Source: Klebsiella phage KpCHEMY26. From it: a stretch of 64,000 bases of DNA. The position numbers were made by a program, and so were the translations under genes. The DNA lies in the sequence record MN163281.1. The stretch is one strand, 5' to 3'. This document shows positions 56,069-64,000 of this stretch, one piece after another; the first letter of the stretch is position 1, and every line of letters starts with the position of its first letter. The notes beneath the pieces are model-generated. The model did not search any database. It saw nothing but the letters and a program-made list of their open reading frames with translations, and was not told where the DNA came from.

Positions 56069-57166
56069 TTAACTGTTTACGTGAATCAGTTGTCCGAACT
56101 TAACTTCTGCTCTTGGGTTATCAAGGCAAACCCAAATAACATTAGGTACAGGTGCTTTCTCCATTTGACGACAGTCTAAATCAGAGAAGACAACTATCAG
56201 TTCGGGTTTCTCTTTAGCTGCGTGGTCATACACGCAACCTAATGAGGTACCTCCTCTACCAGTGAATTCACATTGACTGATATCATCTCCTTCCTCTAAC
56301 TCATACACATTATGAATCTTCGTATCGAAGGTGCAGACAGTAATCCTTTTTGGATTAAGCTGTTTTTTAATGGCATGAATTTCACTGATGTATACAGTGA
56401 ACTGTGCATCAGTAACTGAACCAGAGATATCAGTATAAAAAATGATATGCTCTAGTCCTTCAGAGTTTAATGAAGGAAGATAGATATCTGGAAGAAAACG
56501 TCTATTGACCTTCTTCCACGAATAATCATTTCGAGTCATCTCATTAACAAAGTTTCTGAGAATGTCATTCCACGGCAGTTTTGGATTTAGTAAATCCTCT
56601 AGATAGGCTCGTATGTCTCCGGGAATATCGCCGTATTGACCACGTTGAGACGCAGCAATACTGCTTCGGATAAGCATAGAGTCAATCTGAGTATTGACCT
56701 GTTCATCCGATAGACCTTGGTTTTTTTTAATATCTAAACCAAATCCACCAGAAGGTATTGGAGGGGGATTACTGAACAGCAAATCGTAGATTTGTGGAGC
56801 ACTCATACCATCGTACTTGTGGTCCATCAATCCAGACTCCATCGCATAGCCAGCGTCATCCAACATATTATTTATGTAGTAGTCGCAGGCATAGTTCCAG
56901 ATGGTTGGATTTCTTCCCGATAGTCTCGACATGTGTTTTAACACAACATGCCAGGTTTCATGGGCGAGAAGTGTCACCCTCATCGGCCTGGATAAATCCA
57001 TAAAGAACTTTGGATTTATTTCTATACTCAACCCATCAGTACAAGCTGTGGGTACATCATCATTCCAGTTCAACTGAAGTGAGCAGAACATAGAACAGAT
57101 GAAAGTATTCTTTCTTATCGAGAACAAATCTACTTTTGCTAAATCTAACGCTTTATCTTTATCCAT
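56069..57166 (-). CDS. vWA-domain protein with N-terminal HExxH putative metallopeptidase domain (DUF2201-like; N4 gp25 position)
   Basis: HETWH motif (LLAHETWHVVLKH) in the N-terminal half; MIDAS motif DISGS (IIFYTDISGSV) in the C-terminal vWA domain; partner MoxR ATPase encoded immediately upstream. Confidence 0.65.
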   Translation of the reverse strand: MDKDKALDLAKVDLFSIRKNTFICSMFCSLQLNWNDDVPTACTDGLSIEINPKFFMDLSRPMRVTLLAHETWHVVLKHMSRLSGRNPTIWNYACDYYINNMLDDAGYAMESGLMDHKYDGMSAPQIYDLLFSNPPPIPSGGFGLDIKKNQGLSDEQVNTQIDSMLIRSSIAASQRGQYGDIPGDIRAYLEDLLNPKLPWNDILRNFVNEMTRNDYSWKKVNRRFLPDIYLPSLNSEGLEHIIFYTDISGSVTDAQFTVYISEIHAIKKQLNPKRITVCTFDTKIHNVYELEEGDDISQCEFTGRGGTSLGCVYDHAAKEKPELIVVFSDLDCRQMEKAPVPNVIWVCLDNPRAEVKFGQLIHVNS

Positions 57167-57177
57167 GCAGGGTCTCC

Positions 57178-58194
57178 TTAGAGCATACCTGCACCAGACT
57201 CGTTAGCGTATTTCATCACCCAATCCTGAACTTCAGGAACTTGAACAATGGCAGGCCGTGCTTTAACAGCACTACTTAAAGTTACGATTTGGAATTCAAC
57301 CGGCAGTTTATTGATAAACTTCATCAACTGAGCACCGTTATTGGGGTCAATCTTAGAAGCAACATAACCAGCATATGCGTATTTAATGTCTGGTCTGTTC
57401 TCAATTTCAATGCCTTCTGGGTCTTTGAGAATTTCTTCGATAGTCTTAATCTTTCCATAGATTGAAGTATATTCGATGAACTCTCTCGCAGCCCCCGGAC
57501 CAATTATCCCAGAGATAATGCCAAAGTCATTATCAATGGTGAGTTCTAAGCCATGAGAAACACGGCTGGTAAAATCCCAAGTACGAGGACATGGGAATGG
57601 GTTTTTAAGGTCCTGTGGGTTGAATTTATGGAACAGGTCTTCCTTAAACATTAAGAAAGATAGGATGCGATGGTCGATGGCATTATCCAATGCCCAGATT
57701 TTCCAATCATCGAAGTTCGCTTCCAGTTCCAAATTGACGATACGTGACAGAGTTGCACTACTCATTGTAGTGGTGATAGCTCCATCAGTATCTTTGTTAC
57801 CTGCCGCTGCAATATATACGTCAGGATGAAGTTTGGTTTGACCAACCATCCCATCCAATAACTTATACGCAGCAGCTTGAACAGCTTTTGGCGCTGTATT
57901 CATCTCATCGAGGAACAGCAGCCAGCCGTTATAACCTTCAGGTATTTTATCCCCTAAGATGGGGATATCTTTTGGTGGGTGATAAACCGAACGCCCGTTT
58001 TCAATATTAGGAAATCCGAGCAAGTCAGTTGGGTCACACTGACCTAAGCGTAGGTCAATAACCAGCAACTTAAACTCTTTGGCTATCTGACGAATAATCG
58101 CAGATTTACCAATGCCCGGACTACCTTTGATAAACGGGACCAATTTAGCGCCGAAAGCACGCTCTATGGCACGCTTAATAGCTATTGGTCTCAT
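57178..58194 (-). CDS. MoxR-like AAA+ ATPase (N4 gp24 position)
   Basis: Walker A GSPGIGKS, Walker B LLFLDEMN, 338 aa; operon partner of the vWA protein. Confidence 0.65.
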   Translation of the reverse strand: MRPIAIKRAIERAFGAKLVPFIKGSPGIGKSAIIRQIAKEFKLLVIDLRLGQCDPTDLLGFPNIENGRSVYHPPKDIPILGDKIPEGYNGWLLFLDEMNTAPKAVQAAAYKLLDGMVGQTKLHPDVYIAAAGNKDTDGAITTTMSSATLSRIVNLELEANFDDWKIWALDNAIDHRILSFLMFKEDLFHKFNPQDLKNPFPCPRTWDFTSRVSHGLELTIDNDFGIISGIIGPGAAREFIEYTSIYGKIKTIEEILKDPEGIEIENRPDIKYAYAGYVASKIDPNNGAQLMKFINKLPVEFQIVTLSSAVKARPAIVQVPEVQDWVMKYANESGAGML

Positions 58195-58209
58195 ACATCA
58201 CCTACCCGA

Positions 58210-58536
58210 TTAAACTTTGAGAAGGCGGCGAGAATCCATCAGGAATGGAATTACGTCACCATCTTCATCGACGATGTGGACAATGCAATCAAAAATCATT
58301 GCTGAGTTTGGGGTATTGCTGGCACCACCTTCGAGGTCCCAACCTCTTTTAGGGTTGGCAAGAATTTCGGTGACAATACCCGGACGGTCAACTGTCGGAA
58401 AACGGAAGAACCCTTCATTAGCAGGGTTGATGATGACGATATCACCTACTGACACCGGCTGGTGAGATACCACCATTGCATTGAATGCATTACGCAGTGC
58501 ATCAATCTTTTCTAAACTGATTTCTGGCTTAGACAT
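58210..58536 (-). CDS. hypothetical protein (108 aa)
   Basis: ORF with RBS. Confidence 0.35.
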   Translation of the reverse strand: MSKPEISLEKIDALRNAFNAMVVSHQPVSVGDIVIINPANEGFFRFPTVDRPGIVTEILANPKRGWDLEGGASNTPNSAMIFDCIVHIVDEDGDVIPFLMDSRRLLKV

Positions 58537-58602
58537 TTTTGTTTACCTCTTTCAGATGAAAAATAAGGAGCCAAATGACTCCTATACAACGCACGGAGTG
58601 CG

Positions 58603-59013
58603 TTAGGCTTCCGGGTTTAAGAAATAGATGCCCGGTAAACCAACATCGATGGTGTATTGAGATTCTTGCCGGACAATCTGGGGAGTAGTGCCAAATTGCA
58701 TGTAGAAATGCGCCAAAATCACTGAAGCTTTTGAGGTTTCCATCATGACAATATGTTCCGGCAGACCATCTTCCAGCATGTACTTTTGAATTTGTTCGAT
58801 TACAGCAGCACGTTCAGCAGCTTCAGGAGACATGGTTTTTTTAGCCATTTCAGCTATAAAGTTCATGCCACCTTCCATACCCAGCTTAGAACCGTATACA
58901 GCAGTCAGAGTACGAGCACAGTTAATAAATGGCTCTTCTTTTTCACTGTGCAGCCATGACAGTACAGTCATGATGGTTTCTTTGCTTGGCAGTACTACTT
59001 CAGTCTTTTCCAT
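58603..59013 (-). CDS. hypothetical protein (136 aa)
   Basis: ORF. Confidence 0.35.
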   Translation of the reverse strand: MEKTEVVLPSKETIMTVLSWLHSEKEEPFINCARTLTAVYGSKLGMEGGMNFIAEMAKKTMSPEAAERAAVIEQIQKYMLEDGLPEHIVMMETSKASVILAHFYMQFGTTPQIVRQESQYTIDVGLPGIYFLNPEA

Positions 59014-59323
59014 CTGTTTTACCTTCAGATTGATTGAGAATTTGAGTTAACAGCTTACTGATACCTTCTCCGAGTTCATCTACTCGCTCAGCTATCTGCT
59101 GTAATGAAGTGAGTTCGCTTTCACGAATCTCTTTGTTGATTAAGAATTTGGCTAAGCTATTAAAGTTCTGGAAGTAACCACAGTTAGTTAACTGGTCCTG
59201 ACCTGCTTTAACGCCACTCTTAATCTTTTTACGTTCAACCAAAACAAACGTGTAGTTGTTGGACGAAACAATATATTTATCACCCAACTCTACGTTAAGT
59301 TTTGAACCTGATTCTTTAGCCAT
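59000..59323 (-). CDS. hypothetical protein (107 aa)
   Basis: ORF with AGGAGA RBS. Confidence 0.35.
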   Translation of the reverse strand: MAKESGSKLNVELGDKYIVSSNNYTFVLVERKKIKSGVKAGQDQLTNCGYFQNFNSLAKFLINKEIRESELTSLQQIAERVDELGEGISKLLTQILNQSEGKTDGKD

Positions 59324-59332
59324 CTGGTTCTC

Positions 59333-59360
59333 CTAAAAACAAAGCCACCCGGAGGTGGCT
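59333..59360 (-). terminator. rho-independent terminator closing the dUTPase module (minus strand)
   Basis: Minus read: AGCCACC-TCCG-GGTGGCT followed by TTTGTTTTTAG; a second 3-nt-loop hairpin AGCGCC-GTA-GGCGCT lies at 59371-59385. Confidence 0.65.
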
Positions 59361-59386
59361 CTAACCAAGGATAGCGCCGTAGGCGC

Positions 59387-59560
59387 TTAGACAGGATAAG
59401 TTTTATCGAGACACTTGTTTAAGTTATGGCGATTGATGTACTCACGACGCTCTTCTTGTAGACGAGCTATTTCAGCTTCGTGCCCAACAATCGCTTTATC
59501 TATCTCAGCGATATTATGCTTATGTCTGTCCCAATCGAATTTGTTCATTGGCTCAGTCAT
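59387..59560 (-). CDS. micro-ORF (57 aa) translationally coupled to the dUTPase gene, absent from the ORF track
   Basis: ATG overlaps the dUTPase stop (TAATG); encodes [57 protein letters not shown]. Confidence 0.4.
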   Translation of the reverse strand: MTEPMNKFDWDRHKHNIAEIDKAIVGHEAEIARLQEERREYINRHNLNKCLDKTYPV

Positions 59561-60009
59561 TATTTAGTTCCTGTTGAATTAAAGCCGCCTTCACCACGTT
59601 CAGTAGCTTCAAAAGAATCTACTACAACGAATTCAGGACGCTCTACAGGGACGATTACCATTTGGGCAATACGGTCACCAGGGTTAACTGTGAAAGGCTC
59701 TGTAGAGCGATTCCACAAGCTCACCATAAGCTCTCCCTGATAGTCACTATCAATGAGGCCAGTGAGGTTACCTAACACGATACCGTGTTTGTGACCTAAG
59801 CCAGAACGAGGAAGAATCATTGCTGCTTTTGATACATCTTCCAGATGAATAGCAATACCAGTTTCAACCAGCTTGGTTTCACCCGGAGCAAGAGTAAATG
59901 GCATAGCTACGTTAGCTCTTAAATCTACACCAGCAGAGCCATCAGTAGCTGGAGCTGGGATACACATTGAAGGGTTTTTAAAAACGAGAGTTCTTAGCTT
60001 AACTTTCAT
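59560..60009 (-). CDS. dut: dUTPase (deoxyuridine triphosphatase), E. coli Dut-like
   Basis: Near-collinear with E. coli Dut: [62 protein letters not shown]; intermediate GC; a sigma70-like TATAAAT lies upstream. Confidence 0.9.
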   Translation of the reverse strand: MKVKLRTLVFKNPSMCIPAPATDGSAGVDLRANVAMPFTLAPGETKLVETGIAIHLEDVSKAAMILPRSGLGHKHGIVLGNLTGLIDSDYQGELMVSLWNRSTEPFTVNPGDRIAQMVIVPVERPEFVVVDSFEATERGEGGFNSTGTK

Positions 60010-60061
60010 AAGAGTTCCTGTTTAACTTTGTAGAAATGCCATAGCATCCTATAGCATTTAT

Positions 60062-60090
60062 AAAAAATTAAAATGCCCTCCGAAGAGGGC
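60062..60090 (-). terminator. rho-independent terminator after the SPFH gene (minus strand)
   Basis: Minus read: GCCCTC-TTCG-GAGGGC followed by ATTTTAATTTTTTA. Confidence 0.7.
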
Positions 60091-60096
60091 ATAGAA

Positions 60097-60957
60097 TTAC
60101 TTAAATGATACGAACGGGGTAACACTACCCTGCGTCATGTAAGTTGGCAGAGCACCGTTCCATTTCTCAATAGACCGAAGGTCTTTCATCTGAGGATAGC
60201 GGTTCAGGGCTTCACCTACTTTAGCGATAGCTTCTGCTTCAGCATTTGCCTTCATGATAACGGCATCAGCTTCTGCCTGTGCTTCTTTACGCTTAACGTC
60301 AGCCGCACCGTCAGCCTGAGCACGAGCCATGTTCGCTTCAGCTTCACGCTGCAATACTTCCTGAGTACGTTGCAGAGTGGTCTGGTTCGCAGTCACTTTC
60401 GCGTTGATAGAGGCGATAACGGTTTCCGGGTATTCCGGCTTCCCAACGTAGGACAGGCTGATGACGTCGATACCAATCGGAGCCATCTCTTCCTGCATTT
60501 CTTTCAGCGCAGCATCCAGAAGGTCAGCTTTACCGCCATCAATGAACTTGTCGGTAGTCATACGACTAGCCAGACGGTTCAGGCTATCAGCGATTTTCTG
60601 CTTCATGTCTGTATCGGTAATGTCATCGATACCCTTACGATATGTTTGGAAGACAGTAGTCACTTTGGTCGGATTGACCTTGTAAGCCATACCGATGTGA
60701 TAGCCGATGGTTGTACCATCCGACATTTGGAAGTTAAACGTATCGTCATACGTCTTCATCTGTTTGAAGGTCGGGAACGTATAGACGGTTGTGTTCCAAC
60801 CAGTCCAATAACGACCGACACCGACGACTTCGCCTACGCCTTTATCATCGCCCAGCTTGTTCACTTTAATACCGACGTGACCAGGTTCTACACGGTCACA
60901 GCCAGTTAAAGTTAATGCACCTAATACCAGTGCAACTGTCAAAAATACTTTTTTCAT
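60097..60957 (-). CDS. SPFH / band-7 (stomatin-prohibitin-HflK/C family) domain lipoprotein, host-like GC
   Basis: Signal peptide with lipobox LTLTG-C; core GHVGIKV... followed by Ala/Glu-rich coiled coil typical of SPFH proteins; about 50 percent GC; the antisense 179-aa ORF is a GC artefact. Confidence 0.65.
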   Translation of the reverse strand: MKKVFLTVALVLGALTLTGCDRVEPGHVGIKVNKLGDDKGVGEVVGVGRYWTGWNTTVYTFPTFKQMKTYDDTFNFQMSDGTTIGYHIGMAYKVNPTKVTTVFQTYRKGIDDITDTDMKQKIADSLNRLASRMTTDKFIDGGKADLLDAALKEMQEEMAPIGIDVISLSYVGKPEYPETVIASINAKVTANQTTLQRTQEVLQREAEANMARAQADGAADVKRKEAQAEADAVIMKANAEAEAIAKVGEALNRYPQMKDLRSIEKWNGALPTYMTQGSVTPFVSFK

Positions 60958-61139
60958 GGGAAATATTTCCTAATCAGAGGTTTAAAAATACGGTACAGAC
61001 ATACCGGATAAAGGACTGTAATAGCGATACCGCTTAACACTGACATGGTATCTTTTGCAGAAATCATGGCTGGTAGTACCCCAACATATAAAATAAGAGT
61101 AACGATTAGGGTGGCTACTAAATAGAAGGCAAGCTTCAT
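60954..61139 (-). CDS. small two-helix membrane protein (61 aa)
   Basis: Hydrophobic throughout; overlaps both neighbours by 4 nt in one operon with the SPFH gene. Confidence 0.45.
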   Translation of the reverse strand: MKLAFYLVATLIVTLILYVGVLPAMISAKDTMSVLSGIAITVLYPVCLYRIFKPLIRKYFP

Positions 61140-61459
61140 TTATCGGTTCCTTTTGGATTGATAGCCGAATTTGGAAGACAGCTGATACTGTAGCTATCAC
61201 TGGTATAACTAATAATTTTTCGAGTTCCGGGTACATAAAGTACCCAGCAAGTTACTTCAGCATCATCATCATGAATCCGTTGAATATCGACTTTCTCGAA
61301 CGTTGGATTGATACCAGAATCGCTGCCGTAGGCAGCCGATAAGAAACCAACCATAATTGCAGATAGAATTACGGTAAGCAGTGCTACATCGAGCACTACT
61401 CGTCTATAACTACGCATATGTAATCCTCTGGATGCAGAAGGACAGAGATATATCTCCAT
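61136..61459 (-). CDS. membrane-anchored small protein with beta-rich C-terminal domain (107 aa), possible NfeD-like partner of the SPFH protein
   Basis: Single TM helix (VVLDVALLTVILSAIMVGFL) then a soluble domain; SPFH genes are commonly paired with short NfeD-type membrane proteins. Confidence 0.4.
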   Translation of the reverse strand: MEIYLCPSASRGLHMRSYRRVVLDVALLTVILSAIMVGFLSAAYGSDSGINPTFEKVDIQRIHDDDAEVTCWVLYVPGTRKIISYTSDSYSISCLPNSAINPKGTDK

Positions 61460-61539
61460 CCATCCCAGACATAAATCTTGATAGATTCATCAATGAAGAC
61501 GTTATGAATGGGGTAGATATTTCCATCCCAGGCATACAT
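61396..61539 (-). CDS. hypothetical small protein (47 aa; the C-terminal part of ORF 61396-61740 is judged real)
   Basis: The N-terminal part of the long ORF overlaps 61541-61888 in another frame; ATG at 61539 follows that gene's stop. Confidence 0.3.
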   Translation of the reverse strand: MYAWDGNIYPIHNVFIDESIKIYVWDGWRYISVLLHPEDYICVVIDE

Positions 61540-61540
61540 C

Positions 61541-61888
61541 TTAGTGAAGGGTTTTAGGTTCTTCGCCCGAATAGGCTTCAACCTCACCTTGGTATTCGGC
61601 TGTGGTTGGGATTGTTGGGTCTGAGCATTCATACCAGTATCCATCTTCAGCTTTCCAGAAGAGCCATTTACCTCTAAGGTCTCTGGCAATAAGGTCGTGG
61701 TTAGGGGCATCACCCGGAATTGGGCTACGGAATGTAACATCAGCGATATCGACTAACTCATCGACACCTGATTGTTCATGCTGTACCCAAACCTTGTCGT
61801 AATAGAATGCTTTGATAATTACGTTAGACCCATGACCTTCAGGGTCTTTGATAAATTGCATTCTCATCATTAAACCGATAGTAATCAT
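61541..61888 (-). CDS. hypothetical protein (115 aa)
   Basis: ORF with Trp/Tyr-rich composition. Confidence 0.4.
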   Translation of the reverse strand: MITIGLMMRMQFIKDPEGHGSNVIIKAFYYDKVWVQHEQSGVDELVDIADVTFRSPIPGDAPNHDLIARDLRGKWLFWKAEDGYWYECSDPTIPTTAEYQGEVEAYSGEEPKTLH

Positions 61889-62268
61889 TAATCCATTCTC
61901 CCAATTAATCTCGCTTCGCCATTGACCGTATACACGGTCATGGCTCGCTCGTATTGCCAGAACTTGATATCAAGCCCTTTAGTGTTATTCAGATAATAAA
62001 CAGCAATTGGATATTGCGGTTCATCCCCCGGATAGGTTAGTAAACCATTATTGAATTTGGATTCAGTTTCTGAAGGGAGCATAGGCTCCCCGTATGAGTA
62101 GATTTCCCAAATCCTGTGACCTACATCATCTTCATTTTCAGAAGACAAGACAGCACGATTAACAATCTCTGGTATGTACCCGAGAGAGTCACGTATACGG
62201 TCACGGTTAATACCTACGTAATGACCTGTTGGGTCAATATCGATAGTTACAGCCGTGAAAATAGACAT
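61888..62268 (-). CDS. hypothetical protein (126 aa) downstream of RNAP II (N4 gp17 position)
   Basis: ORF immediately after the RNAP II large subunit gene. Confidence 0.4.
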   Translation of the reverse strand: MSIFTAVTIDIDPTGHYVGINRDRIRDSLGYIPEIVNRAVLSSENEDDVGHRIWEIYSYGEPMLPSETESKFNNGLLTYPGDEPQYPIAVYYLNNTKGLDIKFWQYERAMTVYTVNGEARLIGRMD

Positions 62269-62276
62269 AGTTTCTC

Positions 62277-63515
62277 CTACGAAAGCATATAATTACTTTG
62301 ACGGATATATTTAGACAGGTTGTTAGACAGCTTAGCGACAGGGATACGCTTACCAGATATCTGAGATGCAATAGCAGACAGCATGTTGCTATCAGCAATC
62401 TGTGCAAAGATATCGATGTAGTTCTGACGTACATGGTTCATGTACAGAGGATGACACTTAAAGCAATCATGGATTGCAATCAGTGCAAATGGCTTATGAG
62501 CCAACATCTTCTCGATGATTTCAATGAGTTCTCTTCGAACCCAATGAGGAATCATGTGAACATTGAGGTGGTCAATAAACTCAATCAGAACAGCAGATAC
62601 AAATTTATGGGATTCAGTTAATTTAAGAGCCTGTGCAAGCCTTGTATCATCTACTGAATAGTTGACGATACCTTTCGTATTAGAAGCCGTCAGAAGCTCA
62701 TACACACGCTGTACTTTGAGCAAATCGTAGTTAGCACGACGATTCATCTCACGAACAATCATCCCATCTACAGAGTGAATGACATTCGCTGCAAGTGACA
62801 GACCAGCTTTCTGACCTTGGTTAACCCAATAGCGGTGAGTGAACGAGCTATTCAGCTCATTAACTTCAAAGCTATCTTCCATTGGAACCATGACTTTAAC
62901 TACAGCATTGAATCCATCTGGAAGAGTCCAGTGATGTTGTAGAGCATTTGCCTGCCATAAGGCAATCAAGTCATCACGGAGCATGTTTGCACCTGGAGCA
63001 ATGATTTGAACCATCTCATAGAACTTCTGAAGCTCTATGGTGTTCTCACCAAACAGGTTTACAGGATTAGCTCTGGACCCATAGAAATGGGTCATAGTCG
63101 CATCCTTGGTATGAGAACGTTCAATCTTGTCCAGTTTGCCATCCAGTAAGTCACCCATGACTTTATAGCCATCGGTGTATGCATCATGACGTACATCAGG
63201 ATTAACCATGTTCACAGTCTCTGCTGTGACTTTACAGCCTGTCAGTGCTGCCATGCACTGTAGACCAGATGCAGTAGCATCCATACCTACCAGATATCCT
63301 GTAGGCAGTCCTGCCTTGGTATCTTCATAGCACAACTTACCTGCGTAGAATTGTGCAGGTTCATCTGCATCATCCACCAAACCAGATAAGTTATCTTTAT
63401 TTGCTTCGAACCAGTTTAACCGGTCTTCAAACAACTCCTTGTCTAAACCAAAGGAGTTAGCAATATCTAATTTGATATACTGGAACGGAGTGAACGTCTG
63501 CATTTTGAGTCTCAC
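62277..63515 (-). CDS. phage RNA polymerase II large subunit (T7-like single-subunit RNAP catalytic half; N4 gp16-like)
   Basis: Motif A-like DATASGLQCMAAL (T7 DGSCSGIQHF), motif B-like KDATMTHFYGS (T7 RSVTKRSVMTLAYGS), motif C-like IHDCF (T7 HDSF); 412 aa. Confidence 0.7.
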   Translation of the reverse strand: MRLKMQTFTPFQYIKLDIANSFGLDKELFEDRLNWFEANKDNLSGLVDDADEPAQFYAGKLCYEDTKAGLPTGYLVGMDATASGLQCMAALTGCKVTAETVNMVNPDVRHDAYTDGYKVMGDLLDGKLDKIERSHTKDATMTHFYGSRANPVNLFGENTIELQKFYEMVQIIAPGANMLRDDLIALWQANALQHHWTLPDGFNAVVKVMVPMEDSFEVNELNSSFTHRYWVNQGQKAGLSLAANVIHSVDGMIVREMNRRANYDLLKVQRVYELLTASNTKGIVNYSVDDTRLAQALKLTESHKFVSAVLIEFIDHLNVHMIPHWVRRELIEIIEKMLAHKPFALIAIHDCFKCHPLYMNHVRQNYIDIFAQIADSNMLSAIASQISGKRIPVAKLSNNLSKYIRQSNYMLS

Positions 63516-63721
63516 TTATTAAGTTGAGAGAAAGTTTGGATAATTTTATCTGCGTAATACTTTTTAGTTTGAGGCTGTAAAAGCCAGCAGCCCATACAAT
63601 GGAACTCACACTTACCCCAATCAGCTATATTGAGATAATTACCTTTGCAAGCTGCTGCTGTATTATTTGATACAGCCCAATATCTTAATTCTGACAAAAT
63701 AATTAAAAGTTCCTTATTCAT
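63512..63721 (-). CDS. hypothetical Cys-rich small protein (about 69 aa)
   Basis: Start moved to an internal ATG to reduce overlap with 63714-63950; CEFHCMGC motif. Confidence 0.3.
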   Translation of the reverse strand: MNKELLIILSELRYWAVSNNTAAACKGNYLNIADWGKCEFHCMGCWLLQPQTKKYYADKIIQTFSQLNK

Positions 63722-63950
63722 CAGGAATGATTCCCAGCAGCCTCCCTGCTGAGTCCAGACCAAAGATGGTCTGTTTAATTTCATCCTCTGACATATAGAA
63801 CAATGCACATTTAGTTTTGTCGTGATTCTCACCACAGAACTTTTCACATGCAGGATGGGTACTACAGAAGTGAGTTTCCAACTCATCCGGGATATCACGT
63901 AACAACAGAGTGATTTTGATGAGTTGTTCTGGTTTAGATAATTCAGCCAT
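63714..63950 (-). CDS. hypothetical Cys/His-rich small protein (78 aa)
   Basis: HFCSTHPACEKFCGENH suggests a zinc-binding motif; upstream of the RNAP II gene. Confidence 0.35.
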   Translation of the reverse strand: MAELSKPEQLIKITLLLRDIPDELETHFCSTHPACEKFCGENHDKTKCALFYMSEDEIKQTIFGLDSAGRLLGIIPDE

Positions 63951-64000
63951 TATTCCTCCACTGGAACGAGTTCTTTATCAGCCAACTGAAGTATGGCTTT

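Noticed and set aside
60370-60909. 179-aa plus-strand ORF (and 60461-60685)
   Set aside because: Antisense to the GC-rich SPFH lipoprotein gene; GC artefact.
61396-61740. Full-length 114-aa ORF
   Set aside because: Its N-terminal two thirds overlap 61541-61888 in another frame. Only the C-terminal 47 codons after an internal ATG are retained, at low confidence.
1-64000. CRISPR arrays, rRNA genes, integrase or transposase
   Set aside because: No regularly spaced direct repeats of 25-40 bp. No rRNA-like sequence. No tyrosine or serine recombinase or transposase motifs in any ORF.

Overview
This 64-kb window is most of an N4-like (Schitoviridae-type) podovirus genome. It splits into two blocks. 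The plus-strand block (about 6.8-37.7 kb) holds the virion/late genes in N4 order: terminase large subunit, tailspikes, portal, scaffold-like protein, major capsid protein, internal virion proteins, and a single 3629-aa ORF diagnostic of the virion-packaged giant RNA polymerase. A minus-strand lysis cassette sits inside it: holin, a second small membrane protein, GH24 endolysin, and an i-spanin with an embedded o-spanin. The minus-strand block (about 37.7-64 kb) holds middle/replication genes in N4 synteny: RNAP II large subunit, MoxR-ATPase plus vWA/metallopeptidase pair, Dda-like helicase, family-A DNA polymerase, ThyX, Cas4-like nuclease, primase-like protein, AAA_24 ATPase and an SSB candidate. 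The left 6.5 kb carries a minus-strand array of 10 intact tRNAs, a tRNA-Pro gene disrupted by an HNH endonuclease, and an aberrant tRNA-like gene. It also carries two host-GC-like small genes and an 870-bp noncoding region with inverted box repeats. Features that stand out from the N4 backbone: (1) a host-like high-GC island encoding a classic-clade AAA+ ATPase (52.8-54.3 kb) flanked by GC hairpins; (2) a ClpX-family ATPase that lacks the zinc-binding domain and IGF loop, encoded with a separate zinc-ribbon protein; (3) a terminator-bounded module of an SPFH/band-7 lipoprotein plus small membrane proteins, and a neighbouring module of an E. coli-like dUTPase plus a translationally coupled micro-ORF; (4) a chimeric tailspike whose GC-shifted C-terminal half carries an SGNH esterase domain; (5) a two-gene minus-strand cassette bounded by terminators between the tail and lysis modules; (6) two homing endonucleases (HNH; HNH-AP2). 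No CRISPR array, rRNA or integrase was seen. All calls come from reading the sequence and from recalled family motifs; no database search was possible.
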